Assembly (NCBI RefSeq): GCF_000143415.4
Contig: NW_003314292.1
Location: forward strand, 1,371,498-1,435,497
DNA length: 64,000 nucleotides
Direction of reading: 5' to 3'
Source of the DNA: Selaginella moellendorffii
Taxonomy: Eukaryota > Plantae > Lycopodiophyta
Within the stretch, counting starts at the first letter, position 1. Each line of letters begins with the position of its first letter. Below the pieces are notes generated by a model. The model was not told the DNA's origin. It saw only the letters and a program-made list of their open reading frames with translations, and ran no database searches. Positions 1 to 12,787 of this stretch are shown in pieces. The translations under genes and the position numbers were made by a program.

Positions 1-960
1 ACCGTGAAGTAGCATTGCTGTCCTCTGCAATATGCTCAACCCTATCCGTCTAGCCGCGCAGACTTATCGCTTTGTTTTTTTTTCATGGCCGTGCACTGAG
101 ATTTCTTATCATGTTTACATTGTTCGTGACTTCTTTGAAGACTCACAGTTTGAACTCATTCTTTTGTTGCCTTTCCATCAATGAATAGTCTATGATACTC
201 TTGTTTAAAGTTGACCAAGTCAAACACAGTCTTTAAAGACTGTTATTAATATTTTATATAAATGAGGATTCCGAAATCCCAAGAATCTCACAGTTGGATA
301 AAAAATGAATAATAATTTTCTGCACTTTGAACACTTGGTTTGTTTAATAATATTTATTAGTCATATTAAACAATTAAAAGGTTATAATTTTAAGGATTAT
401 AATTTATAAACACAAGATTAATGTTGTAGAATAAACTAAAATAAATTAATAAAAAATGAAACATTTATAATATAAGAATATTTTAAATAATATTAAATAT
501 ATATTAAAATCATTTTTGCATATATAAATTATCCAATATTTTAGGACTTAATAATTTACTAATAGAATGTTTTAACCATCAGTTGAGCATTGCAGTTAAA
601 ATACTTTGCATTCATGCCACCACCATCCTCTTTGATTGTAATTGTTGTAAGGTCCTTCTCTTTTGAGAGGTTTTGGCAATCTAGGGATTCATCAAGCTAA
701 AAACATGAAAGAGAGAGAACACACATATTATGTAGGCAAGAATCCCCAGTTACCCTTGCATGGACGTCCATGTAAACATTGAGCTTATAGAGCAATTGGC
801 ACATGACATATTTTTTCTTTCATTGTTTCTCAGGATAATGTAAAAGTCAAGGTCTTCTTAGGATTAAGGTTGACGATATATAGGTAGAAATTATAAACTT
901 TTCCAACGAGAAGATGATAACAAATTGGAGTGGAAATATATATAAATGCATTTTAAACTT
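1..960. repeat. Copy of an AT-rich segmental-duplication module (other copies ~5120-6090 and ~10140-10730 + 12720-13260)
   Basis: Colinear shared sequence such as gaagtagcattgctgtcctc..caatatgctcaacc, aaagtcaaggtcttctt and gagaagatgataacaaattggag recurs in the three places. Confidence 0.85.
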
Positions 961-1934
961 AATTTAGAAAAAATAACAGTCACATCCATTTGCTAAAACA
1001 ATATAACAAACCAAAGAAACTATATGATTAAATTTTATAGTTTTAAGCACAGGCTATGAATCTATAATATAATTAAAATGTCCATAATTTATGTCTTGCA
1101 AGTATTACTAAGGGTAAGGTCTATGCTCTTTCTTGTATATAGAACCGATGCAAACTATGTGGTCCAGGAAGTCCTTCTACGAGTTTAAGGATCTCGTCAA
1201 GGAAAGAACAATGAGTGCATTCACGAGCTCATGGATCAGAGTTCCTGGTCGGCCTTGCACTCTCTTCTTGGCTTGTGGAGTTTCAAAAGAGGAGTCGAGG
1301 AGAAGCTTAAGACCCATAGGGATCTTCTCGCTATAGGCCTGAATTCTCTTCGTTCTAACTGGAGTTCTCGTTCAGGTTCTTCCTTGGTACCTAGAGCGGC
1401 CTCCGTCAGGTTTTCGCCCATGTATATGATTGGATACGACAATGAATGCTGTTTCGCAAGGGATCCTGATACTGCGTTCGTCAGGAGGTTGGAACTTGGA
1501 AGGCAACCTGTTTCACACGTTTTTTTTCTTTGGTTTCATGAAGTGCTCGTGCACACAGTTACACCATCGAGGCAAAGAACGCAGTGCAAAATGAGGACCA
1601 TGTAATGGCAAAAGGAACGAAGGTACGTGATTTTAAAGCTCTGTGAGTTCTTATCACATTCCTTTTGGGAGATCATGGAAACAAAACGCAGCAATTCTAT
1701 TCAAAGCCCGCATTTTTTGAAGAACCGGAACAAGATCCCGGAGCTCCAGGAATCGCAGGTTCATTGTCTCCGCTTCTCTGGGCTTCACCAGTGATCAGTA
1801 GGAAAACTTCATTGGTTTTTCGTCCAGAAAGAGATCTCTCTTTTCTCTGTGGCTTTGTTTAAGAACGGATGCTCGCGCTAACTCTAGCAATCCTATGTGG
1901 CAGAAGGCCAGGGCAATTGAATCCACGAAACCCG

Positions 1935-2000
1935 GGACCTCGTTCGATCGGATGCACGAGAGCGACATCATCAGCTGGAATTCCATCGTTACAGGCTATC
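1935..2000 (+). pseudogene. Short PPR motif fragment (FDRMHESDIISWNSIVTGY); inverted copy at ~30130-30195
   Basis: Matches the PLS-PPR junction consensus FD.M...D.ISWN.II.GY, but is isolated with no flanking motifs. Confidence 0.7.
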
Positions 2001-2373
2001 CCTGGTGGGGGAGTGGCACGGTCTCTTTCACAAGGTGGCGGAGAAGAACACGAATGCGCCACGGATGCCGACACTTGCTGGTGAGATCAGTGCCTGGTGC
2101 TTGGCAATCTCTGCGACTACCTAGAACGCAATCTAACGTAGCCGCCTTCGTCATGGAGGGTGATAGAACAATTTTATTTCGCGAACTCCACGTCGGGCAG
2201 AGTAAAAAAAAACAAAACTCAGCGAGCGAGCGAACTCTACAACAATGTTTGTAGAGTAAAAACTAGAAAGGCCTCAAACTAGCATCAGGCAGGTAAGAAT
2301 TGCTGCACAGCCCGCGGCAAACATGGTGGACATCTGAAAAACCAAGCAAAGTTTTAATCCAGAACGAAGAAGA

Positions 2374-3130
2374 TTAGAAACTTACTAGGACTGCCTTGTT
2401 GTTATCAAGGGTCGCAAACCAAGCCCATGCCACGTTACAAGCCAGAGACATGGTTTTAGAGTGGCACCACCCAGCTCCAACGGGCTCGAACAGCAAGGGG
2501 AGCAAGCATCGAGGCTGCTGTGGTCGCACAACCAATGAAACCAAGGAAGGCAGAACTCCTCCCCGTCGTAGAACTTGCGCGACAGGTACACTAGACAGTA
2601 GTGACTGATCCCAAACACCGGGGGCCAGAAGAGGGGCTTCCATGTAGCCTTCCATGCATATGAAGCATAGAAAACTCCCGTGATGAATCCCAGGAGATTC
2701 ACCACCTCGACCACACGATTGTTGTGCTCACGGCCGAAAATATACCAAGATATTGAATTTATCTCTGGAGAGAAAAAAAAAAAACGTTGCAAACTGGAAT
2801 GGAAATGAAAAAAAGAAAACGCACCGGAGAGGCCAAAGAAAACGCTTGACTGAATCCCCGTCTCAAGGAATGGAAGCGGAATCAGGAAGAGGACGACGGT
2901 GATCGAGACAGCTGCACGCTAAACAAAGAAACACACACTTGTTCCAGGACAAGCGAGCATTGGTTTCTTACTCAGATGTTCTTCTTCGGCACCGCGCCCA
3001 GGATCTTGCTCATTGCGCCTCCGGCAGTCCCTGGTGCTGCGCCCAGGAGAGTGTCGCTCGCCGCTTCACCACCAGCGCCATGATCGGCCGCCATCACGGG
3101 GAGCGCATCGCCGCCGCCCGCCATTCCCCC
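2374..3130 (-). pseudogene. Deleted copy of the unknown membrane-protein gene at 28973-29683
   Basis: EINSISWYIFGREHNNRVVEVVNLLGFITGVFY.. with small deletions relative to the 29 kb copy. Confidence 0.55.
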
Positions 3131-3879
3131 GGACCCCGACATTGCTTGTAACTATGGTTTTTCTACCTGATTTTCTTTTCATTCGACTGCCCGAATCGCG
3201 CAAAGAGGTAATGTTCATTCCAGTCTCCTTTGCGGATCAAACTGTAGTTCTTATCGCGCAGTGAGTGCTTCGTTCAAGCGAGCCGCTCAAAAAGCGCCTT
3301 CCACTGTCAGCATTTTTCCAAGCTCCAGGATCCAGGCGAAGCAAAGGATCCGGAAGATCCGCAGAGACTGGCGAAGTGCAGTGCGCAGGGAAGACGACGA
3401 CGAGAGATGTGTATCTTTGGCTGTTTTATATTGTTTTACTGGTGTTGGGAAACCTGCAGAGACAAGGGTCAGCATAAATATTCTGGACAGCATTTGCAGC
3501 TTCACTGTCGCTGCAGGCGAAGGAGGGAACCAGACTGTGACGGGAGAATTGGAGCCTCTGTCTGTCGGCTGGGAGATAAGCATCAACATCAAGGCTGAAA
3601 GGATAACTGTACGCACGGATGAGGTGTGCTTGACATGAACGCGCCTGATTTACGTAAGAGTTCTTTCTTCTGATTCTACACTGTTTTGCTCTCAAGTGCT
3701 GGAAAATTGGTCCTCACGGATGGCTTGACAAGGAGAACGTGCTGAAGTCTCATCCAGATTGAGTGAGAAATCGTTCCAGACAGATGGAAACATGAAGTAT
3801 ACAAAAAAGATGGATCTATAAAACCGGAAGAAGCTGTGTTTCTACACGAGCAGAGGCAGCAGTCGTACATGGAAAAAGC

Positions 3880-4410
3880 AGTTTTCACCAAGATCTCCTT
3901 GAGTTGCGCCTTGTTCGCCACCAACCCAGTGTAAACATCGTAGCCGAGCTTGTTGGCTATGGCGGCAACGAGCTTCTCTTTCCCACTCGCCTGGCGGCCA
4001 TGGACGAGGTAGCTCCTCTTCCACGCCTTCCCAATCCTCTTGTAGTAGTCCTGAGCTCCCACAAACGCCTCCAGATCCTTGACCAGCGTCTGCTTGAGCT
4101 CGACATCCATGGAGCAATCCAGCGTCTCCAAGCTCGCGTGATGATCGAATTCGCAGCTCCCCCAGCTCATCTCTACATACCCACGGTGAAAAGGCGGCGG
4201 CGCTTGGAGGCGGTGGCGATGATGTGAGAAAAATAGGCCTGGATCACGTCGTTGGAGTAGTGCGGCGGGAATGCCCGCACGAGAAAGCTCGAGATGAGGG
4301 GCGTGTTGTCGTCGATCAAGCTCGCCCTCAAGAGCACCGGCTGCTCCGGATTGACTGCGAGAGAGGAGAGGTCCGTTGACGTAATTATATCGTTCTCGTA
4401 CACCACCATC
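3880..4410 (-). pseudogene. BCS1-like AAA ATPase fragment
   Basis: FDHHASLETLDCSMDVELKQTLVKDLEAFVGAQDYYKRIGKAWKRSYLVHGRQASGKEKLVAAIANKLGYDVY resembles plant BCS1-type HP.TF.TLAMD...K..I..DL..F...YY.R.GKAWKRGYLLYGPPGTGKS; truncated, with deletions. Confidence 0.85.
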
Positions 4411-4799
4411 GATACATGGCATATCCGCGTGGCAGACTGTGGCCACCTCATCAGTCAACGCCACATCAGCCTGCCACCTGTGCCAACCCTTGGATGCGAT
4501 TAGGAACATACAAAAAGCCATAATTCCTCTAATTCATGGAATCTCAACCTGAAAAACAAGGAATCTAGGCCTGGCAAGATAGAGAGATATAAACATGCAT
4601 ACGAGGTCCACTATCCATTATCCATTTTTCCAGGTCTCAAAACTAAATAGCTACATCCTTGCGCTTGTTTCTCCCAGCTCATATTCATTATTAAAAGTCT
4701 CTCCAGTGCTTCACCCATATCGAGCAGCTCCTTTGCAGAAGTAGGCAATCGATGCACAAAAGTTTGTAGACATCAAAATGCTTGGACTCACGCTTGTTT

Positions 4800-5020
4800 C
4801 TCCAGGCTTCCCAAGCTGAGGTTGAGCACGATCAGGTCACCCATCAGGCGCGTGATATCCATGCTACCACTCCACGCCAGCCAACCCAGATCACTCTACA
4901 TGGCATTCTCGGACGATGGCCAGGACCTTCTCATCAAGAGTGTGGTGGAGCAATGTGGAATAAAAGCTGTTCATGAAGATACCTTTGAGTCTCTGGGATG
5001 CGATGAACTAGATATGGTGC
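4800..5020 (+). pseudogene. Truncated copy of the ACP-like gene (donor 24815-25230)
   Basis: DDGQDLLIKSVVEQCGIKAVHEDTFESLGCDELDM is homologous to the 24815 ORF. Confidence 0.8.
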
Positions 5021-6969
5021 AGTGAACTCTTGTTGTCATGCAGTATGACGTGGAACAAACAAAAGATTAGTTCGACACTGTCCATGACTATAACAAAAGT
5101 CACAACATAAACTGTGTAGAAGTAGCATTGCTGTCCTCTACAATATGCTCAACCTTATCTATCCAGCCGGCAGCATCTCTTTGTTGTTTTTTTCATGGCC
5201 GCTTACATTGTTTGTGACTTCATTGAAGATTCACAGCTAGAAATCATTCTTTTTTTAATTCTCTACTTGACAATGCGTTTCATCAATGAATAGCCTATGT
5301 TCAAAATTGACCAAGTCAAACACAGTCTTTAAAGAATATTGCACATGCAAGAGAATATTTTATATAAATGAACAAGAAACGAATAATACTTTTCTGTGGT
5401 TTTCTTAATAATAGTGCATATTATTTATTAATCATATTGATTATGTTTATAATTTATAAACAAGAGATTAATCTTATTACATAGAATAACTAGAATATAC
5501 TAGGAATAATTTATAAATACATCATTAATCTAAATGAAAAACAACCATTAGATGGTAGAATATTCCAAAATATCAAGTATATTCTAGGTATATTCATTAA
5601 CCTGTTTGCTTATAAAAAATTTAATAAAAATAAAATATTTATAATATTAAAAACACTTTAAATAGTATTTAGAATAATTTTGCATATATAAAATATCAAA
5701 TTTTTTAGTAAAATAAATTACCAATAGAAACCATGTTTTAACCATCAGTGGATCATTATAGAGCACCGAAGTTAAATCTTTTGCACTCTAGGCCTCTACC
5801 ACCACCATCCTCTTTGATTGCATTTGTTGTAAAATCCTTCTTTTCCTAGAGGTTTTGGCAATTTATGGATTCAGAATATTGACGAGAGAGAGGCAAAATT
5901 CCCCAGTCACCCTTGTATGGACGACCAAAATCACATGACATGTTCTTTCTTTTCCTTTTTATCGGGAAAGTGTAAAAGTCAAGGTCTTCTTACGAGCATT
6001 GAAAACAAGGTTGACGAGATACACCTGGTATATCAGTAGAAACTATAAACTTTTCCAAGGAGAAAGATGATAACAAATTGGAGTTGAAATATATGAAGAT
6101 ATAACGGCGAGGACACCAAGAGAAGGTTTAGTGCAACAGGCCGGACTAGAAAATCTCGGATAGCCTCCAGCACCTCCTACGACATTTGCGGCAATCACAA
6201 AGTCAACATGGCTCCGAGCTTTTACTTTTCCGATGCTCAACAGCAGAAGCAAGCCTCTCAGGTGGTGGAGAGAAGACGAACAACCTCCCAAAGTCAGCCT
6301 TCCTCCGACCTGTCTTCTTGAGAGCGCATGGAACCTGTGACGTTAACTTGTTCCACGAAAAAGTCCCTCGTCACGCTTAGAACCACGAGGAGTTGCAATA
6401 GCTCTCGAGAGGAGGAAGTAAAAACCAAGAGTTACTCGTGGAAGATCTTGAGTGGGACGTTTATTCGATCGTGATTCCAGTCTAGTGGCAGTAGCAGAAA
6501 TGGAAACAGGAAACATTTAGGAGCAGGCAAACCATTCGAGGGGTCAGCCACGTCGACTAACTGTCGGGGATTACAGCCTGGCAAGCTGATCGGCGCAGCA
6601 TGTCTGTGCTACTCAGACATGCTGACATGCACGGCTCGATGAAATTATCCACGCACATCTGGAGCTCTGTGAGTCGGAAATCTGCGTTATCATACGTCAT
6701 TCAGAAAGCCGTTAGCGCGAGTTGTTTTTTCCAGATTGGAGAAAGAGAATTTGGAAAATACCAGGGTGGGATATTGGGTTTCTTTTTTCGCAACAGGTAA
6801 GGCTTGCTTGGAGCATGCGGTTAATTTTGTCATTTTAGGAGTTCTTACACAGCTTACATTTCTAAGAGTGGGAAAGTATGAAACGAACCATAAATTTATT
6901 GGTTCAAGACATTTAAATCTCTAGCCTCTCAAACCTCTCATCTAGACAATTCAGAGCGAATTCTCAGAA

Positions 6970-7786
6970 TTAACAACTCTGAGGTTTTCTGAGGCTCTTC
7001 AGATTTTTTGGTAAAGTATTCCCTGTAGCCTCGGCAAACTCCCTCAAAGCTTCAATAGCGTTCTCTTGGCGCACAGCAAGCCGCTTGTCCATATCCATTT
7101 CTCCCAACCTATTGCAGCTACCATATAGCATTTCGAGTGGCGACTGCAACATGTAGAAATGAATCAACATCCCGTGGACAATTGCAGCGATCGATCCCAC
7201 AAGTAGAAGGGCTTGTCTATGCCATCCCAGCGGTGGAGCAACGGTGCCCAAAACACAGGCAGCCATGTAACTCAAACCCCTCGTCATGTACACCACTATG
7301 AACTTGAACAATCCAGGCCCGTCATACCATCTGTCAGGAGCTGGTTGTAATACCGGAGTGAAAAGTCCACAGCATGATATCGCCAGCAGCGGAAGCATCA
7401 CCCATTGATTTGTGCTCATTATGGAACACACACCACTGAGAAAACCGCTGGTGCCTCCAACAAGAAAACCATATGCATTGCTTTTCTTTCGACCCAAAAG
7501 GGCAACGAAAAATACTGCATGGACGCACTTGTCAGTCTCGAGAGAGAAAGCAGTGAAACACTTAACATGCTACGAAGACGGGAACCAAAGCAGAAGCTCC
7601 GCTTCCTTCGGGGAACTCAGGGGGCCAAAATATGGCACCCATGTAGAACGCATATATAGTGAAGCAATGACTAACAAGATTCATCAAGAACTGGCGCCGT
7701 ATAATCCAGTGCCCACTGAGGTTCCAACTCTCATAGATATCAGCAAGATCATACTCACCATTTGGGCTCAACAATCCCTGCTCCAT
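6970..7786 (-). CDS. Unknown multi-pass membrane protein, MEQGLLSPNGEYDL family, copy 1 (intron 7566-7515, 52 nt)
   Basis: ATG at 7786; removing the GT..AG intron joins ORFs 7562..7810 and 6970..7497 in frame; several hydrophobic segments. Confidence 0.75.
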
Positions 7787-8089
7787 AGGGTAACCTAGAT
7801 TGTCCTGCAAATATATCCCTGACTGTAGCTCATCCGACGGCTATTAGAGGTGTGGCGAGAGCCTTTTGGGCTGTGCTTTTCATGACAAAGATTCCAAGGA
7901 GGTGCTGTCTGCCGGCTTTACTTGGCTCCACGGGCCATGATAAGTGCGGCTTGGTCAGACACAACTAGATCAAAAAGCTTCTACTACCATCAATCTAAAA
8001 CTTGGAGGGAATCTAAGTGGGGGAAGTTTTTTTTTCTGCACTGGGTTTCGCTTTGCAGAATGGGGAGTTTACGTCCAAGTTGTCCATGG

Positions 8090-9495
8090 TCACGCAGTAA
8101 TGCTTGTCCAAGTTGTAGCAGCGTTAAAACTTCGCTCGCGCCTCCTCCGGGGACACCTCCGCCGCCGACGCCGCCGCCCCAAATGCAGCACTGGGCGTGC
8201 TTGCTGGAGCTCCTCCTCCGCCAAAAATCGCCGCCGCCGTCCCAAATGTGCTCGCTGGAGTCTCTCCGCCAAACCAGCCTCCGGAGGACGTGTTCTTTGC
8301 TGGAGCTTGACTCGATACCTGCTCGAAAATACGCGATGGTGTGAAGAAGGCCCCGGACCACGTTTGAGCTCTGCCAGAACACGGGCCAAATGTGTGCTGG
8401 AAAGCATGCGACGGTGCTGCTGGTGCGAAGGGTGATTGTGGGTGATTGATGCTGGTGCGAATGGTTGTGGCGGTGGTGTTGCGAAGGGAGATGGAGAGGC
8501 CGGCGACGTTTTCGTTTTCTTGCTCTTGAGATGCTCCGCCACTCTTTTCAAGCACCACGTTCGGATTGGAGCCGCTGTTCGTCCCCAGCACCAGCGCCAG
8601 GAGCTCGCCGACGTCGACCTCCTTCTTCCGATCATCATCAGCCCCTTGATCTCGCCCAGGAGCCTGTGATCCTCCACGCTCAAGTGGAGCTTCACTGTCG
8701 ACTTGAGCATCTGGAAGTCGCTGGTGTCCATGGCCACCGATCCGGCCCTGGCAGCCGGGAAGACGGTGTCCTGCTTGGCTTCGTCCGACACGAACACGAA
8801 GATCCTCTCGTCCGGAGCCCACAGCCCATCGCTCACGTCCAAAACGTCTGCCATCTTCACATTCATGGCCGACTGGCTATCGATCCCATGCACACCCTCC
8901 TGGTTTTCACCAAGATCTCCTTGAGTTGCGCCTTGTTCGCCACCAACCCAATGTAGAGATCGTAAACATCGTAGCCGAGCTTGTTGGCTATGGCGGCAAC
9001 GAGCTGCTCTTTCCCACTCGCCTGGCGGCCATGGACGAGGTAGCTCCTCTTCCACGCCTTCCCAATCCTCTTGTAGTAGCTCCCACAAACGCCTCCAGAT
9101 CCTTGACTAGCGCTCGGCATTCATGGAGCAGTCCAGCGTCTCCAAGCTCGCGGGATGATCGAATTCGCAGCTCCCCCAGCTCATCTCGTCCACGGTGAAA
9201 AGGCGGCGTCGCTTGGAGACGGTGGCAGTGATGTGAGAAAAGTCGGCCTGGATCACGTCGTTAGAGTAGTGCGGCGGGAATGCCACCATGACATAGCGCG
9301 ATTCATCAGTGGCCCACGCTCCACTTGAAATCCAGGCCTTGGAACTTGTCACGGGAAAGCCCGGCTGGAGTCCCAAGATGAAGGGCGTCTTGTCGTCGAT
9401 CAAGCTCGCCCTGAAGAGCGCCGGCTGCTCCGGATTGACTGCGAGAGAGGAGAGGTAGCTGTTGGCGTAATTATAGAGCGCCGTCGTTCTCGTAT
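8090..9495 (-). pseudogene. Frameshifted BCS1-like AAA ATPase pseudogene with FG-rich low-complexity tail
   Basis: N-terminal AAA-associated region, HPASLETL, YYKRIGKAWKRSYLVHG, DGLWAPDERIFVF and C-terminal helices are spread over several frames. Confidence 0.85.
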
Positions 9496-9869
9496 CCGCG
9501 TGGCAGACTGTGCCAACACAGCCGCCACCTCAGCAGTCAACGCCACATCGGCCTGCCACCTGTGCCAAGCATTGGATGCTCAAAAAGCCATATTCACGGA
9601 TCTCAACCTGAAAAACAAGGAATTTAGGCCTGGCAAGATAGAGAGATATAAACATGCATACGAGGTGAGTTCTTCCATTATCCACCTTTCCAGGTCTCAA
9701 AACTAAATAGCTACGTCCTTGTGCTTGTTTCTCCCAGCTCATATTGATTATTAAAAGTCCGCAAAGCTTCTCCAGTGTTTCACCTGTATCGAGCAGCTCC
9801 TTTGCAGAAGTAGGCAATCGATGCACAAAAGTTTGTAGACATCAAAATGCTTGGACTCACGCTTGTTTC

Positions 9870-10050
9870 TCCAGTCTTTCCAAGCTGAGGTTGAGCACGA
9901 TCAGGTCACCCATCAGGCGCATGATATCCAAGCTACCACTCCACGCCACCCGACCCAGATCACTCTACATGACATTCTCGGACGATGGCCAGGACCTTCT
10001 CATCAAGAGTGTGGTGGAGCAATGTGGAATAAAAGCTGTCCATGAAGATC
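9870..10050 (+). pseudogene. Second truncated ACP-like fragment
   Basis: LLIKSVVEQCGIKAVHED, then breaks off. Confidence 0.75.
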
Positions 10051-10734
10051 TGGTTGTCATGGAGATGTGTTATGCTGTGGAACAAACAAAAGATTAGTTT
10101 GACACTGTCCATGACTATAACAAAAGTTTCAACAGAAAAACTGTGTAGCATCTACAATATGCTCAACCCTATCCATCCAGCCGTGCAGACTTGGTTTGCA
10201 TCTCTTTGATTTTTTTTAATGGCTGCTTACATTCTTTGTGACTTCATTGAAAATTCACAGTTAGATCATTCTTTTGTTGATTCTCTACTTGAAAATGCCT
10301 TTTCATCAATGAATAGCCTATGATACTCTTGTTCAAATATTACACATGCAAGAGAATATTTTATCTAAATGAATAATATTTTTCTGTGGTTTTCTTAATA
10401 ATAGTGCTTATTATTTATTAATCATATCGATCAATTAGGAGATTATAATTATAAAAATGTTTATAATTTATAAAAAAGAGATTAATTATTACATAGAATA
10501 ACTAGAATATACTAGAAAGTGTTTATAGAATATAAACATGTTTATAATTTATAAATACACAATTAATATAAATGAAAAACAACCATTAGATGGTAGAATA
10601 TCCCAAAATATCAAGTATATTCTAGGTATATTCATTACCCTAAGGTTTTTTTAAAAAAATTAATAAAAAAAAAATATTTATAATATTATAAATTTTTTAA
10701 ATAATATTTAAAATTATTTTGCATATATAAAGTT

Positions 10735-12719
10735 TGTAAATACATATATTACCCTGGCTAAGTAATACACTAATTATAGTACTATAACATATAGACCATC
10801 CATTTGAGACTGAATTTAGTCCATCCATTTTTGTATATAAATAAGGGTTTAAACCCAATTAATACATCTCGAACACTCACATTGGTGGGCATTGCAATTT
10901 GTCCCTAAAATACAAAGCTTTTTGGTAGTGCTTTGGTCTATTATTCAGGATTATGCTTTTTGTTTTTATTTCTTCATTTTTTAAATTTAAATTTATATTA
11001 GCTCTTTGGAAGATCTAGAACTCTAACTATCACTGTGTTTAAATTTACTCTTTTTTTTCATTTTCATTGCATTCTCTTTTTCTATTATGCTATGTCATCA
11101 TTGATTAAAGAGTACCTCACTTAAGGTTACTAATGCTACTCTATTGGATAAATTTTTTGGTGTTATGAGGTGTGATCATATTGATGTTGCACCCATCATT
11201 GATGTGTTGTCATTTCCAACTTTTGTGAGACATGATTACATAGTTTATTTTATTCTCAGTGTTTTGCTATTTAACATTGCTATGGAGTATGATTGTGATA
11301 TTGATTGACAAGCTATGGATAATGCCTTAGTTCTTAATTCTTAGTTTGAGTTTATGGAAAGATGATATGTATAAGCTCAAGTGGATTCTAGATTGTTTTG
11401 ATAAGCTTTATTATTATAGAGATAGCTTTAGAAATGAAGTGGAGATTTTATAGGGTAGATGTCAATTTTTCAATCTACCATTTAATCCTTTTTTTTTTTT
11501 TTACATTTTGCTCTTTCCTAACTTTTTTTTATTTCTTGGCTTAAGCCAACTTCTTTATTTACAGAATTTCCTTTTTATAGCACATCAATCATTTGTGACT
11601 TTTATGATTTTTATTCTTAGTCAATTGTTGAATTGAGTATTTTCTATCTTTTTTATACTAATTTAGATGTTAAATATGTGTGGGAAGTTGCAAATCTTGT
11701 TTTTGTTTCTTTGGCAAAGTCTTTGATCAATTTTGGTGTTGAATATTCCTTTCTTCCAAGGTTAAGTCACTTTAACCAGAGTTTTAAGTTGAGTGCATGT
11801 CTCTAATTGTAACTGTTAGTGAGAGTTTTTGTTTTATTGTTATTGTTAAAGAGTTTATGTATTTCCTTGAGAGTGTGAATATTTCTATTAATTTTTCCAT
11901 ATCAAGTGTTGAGTTATGTGTTGAGGACCTTAAACAACATGAATCTTTTGCTTCTTTTGTATTGGTTGAAATATTTTACGATAAAGAGTCCTATGCTTTC
12001 CAAGCTTTGAGCATATATCCTTTTTTGTTTTCCCATTTTGCATTGACAGGTGCTAAATATTTCTCTTCCAATGCTTCTTTATTCATTTTTTCTTCTTCCA
12101 CACTATTTCTTCCTCAATTTTTGTCACTTTCTCTTTTTTATTCCAATGCTTTAAATTTTTTTTCTTCAGAGGAAGGGGTAGAGGGGATGGATGGCAATTT
12201 AGCCCTGACAATAGAGTGAGGATGAGTAGATACAATAGTGGAGTAAGGACAAATAATATAAATTGTGGAGTGAAAACAAACATAGTGAGTCTAAATGGAA
12301 TATTTAACCCTGCAAATTTAGAGATGGGATATATTATTTGTTACAATAATGCTTTATGGATTATAGTGGGTTCTTGCTTTAGTTCAAAATTATGGTTTTG
12401 TGGTTGGTTTAAACATTTAAGAGTTGTATATGGAGTTATAATTGATTCATCAGGATTCTATAGTTGACTAATGTTTATGCCATGGCTTTGGGTTTTATTT
12501 TAATTATGGTTATTAACAAATTTATAAGTGTTTTTATGGGAGCTTTAGATTTTTGTGATAATTTATAATTGCTCAGCAAAAGCTTCAGATGTTCAATTAG
12601 CTTAGCTAGATAATATGCTAATTATAGTACTTAAACCATCTATTTAGGATTGAATCTGGTCTATCCATTTTTGTATATAAGCAAGGGTCTAAACCCCAAT
12701 TAATATAATTACACTCACA
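10735..12719 (+). mobile_element. Decayed non-autonomous LTR-type insertion with ~130-145 bp terminal direct repeats
   Basis: Direct repeats at 10735-10881 and ~12590-12719 (taattatagtact..ccatc..ccatttttgtatataa..aaggg..aaaccc..aattaat..cactcaca). The left repeat runs TG..CA and is followed by ttgg. The element is absent from the sister modules at ~520 and ~5690. Confidence 0.65.
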
Positions 12720-12787
12720 CATATATAAATTATCTAATATTTTAGGATATGTACTAAATAAATTACTAATAGAAACCATGTTTTAGG

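Larger units (their letters stand above)
980..3880. repeat. ~2.9 kb inverted segmental duplication, near-identical to 28175-31190
   Basis: ORF-track pairs are nearly identical on opposite strands (1665..1862+ vs 30270..30467-; 1895..2254+ vs 29857..30237-; 3261..3638+ vs 28474..28878-). Confidence 0.95.
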
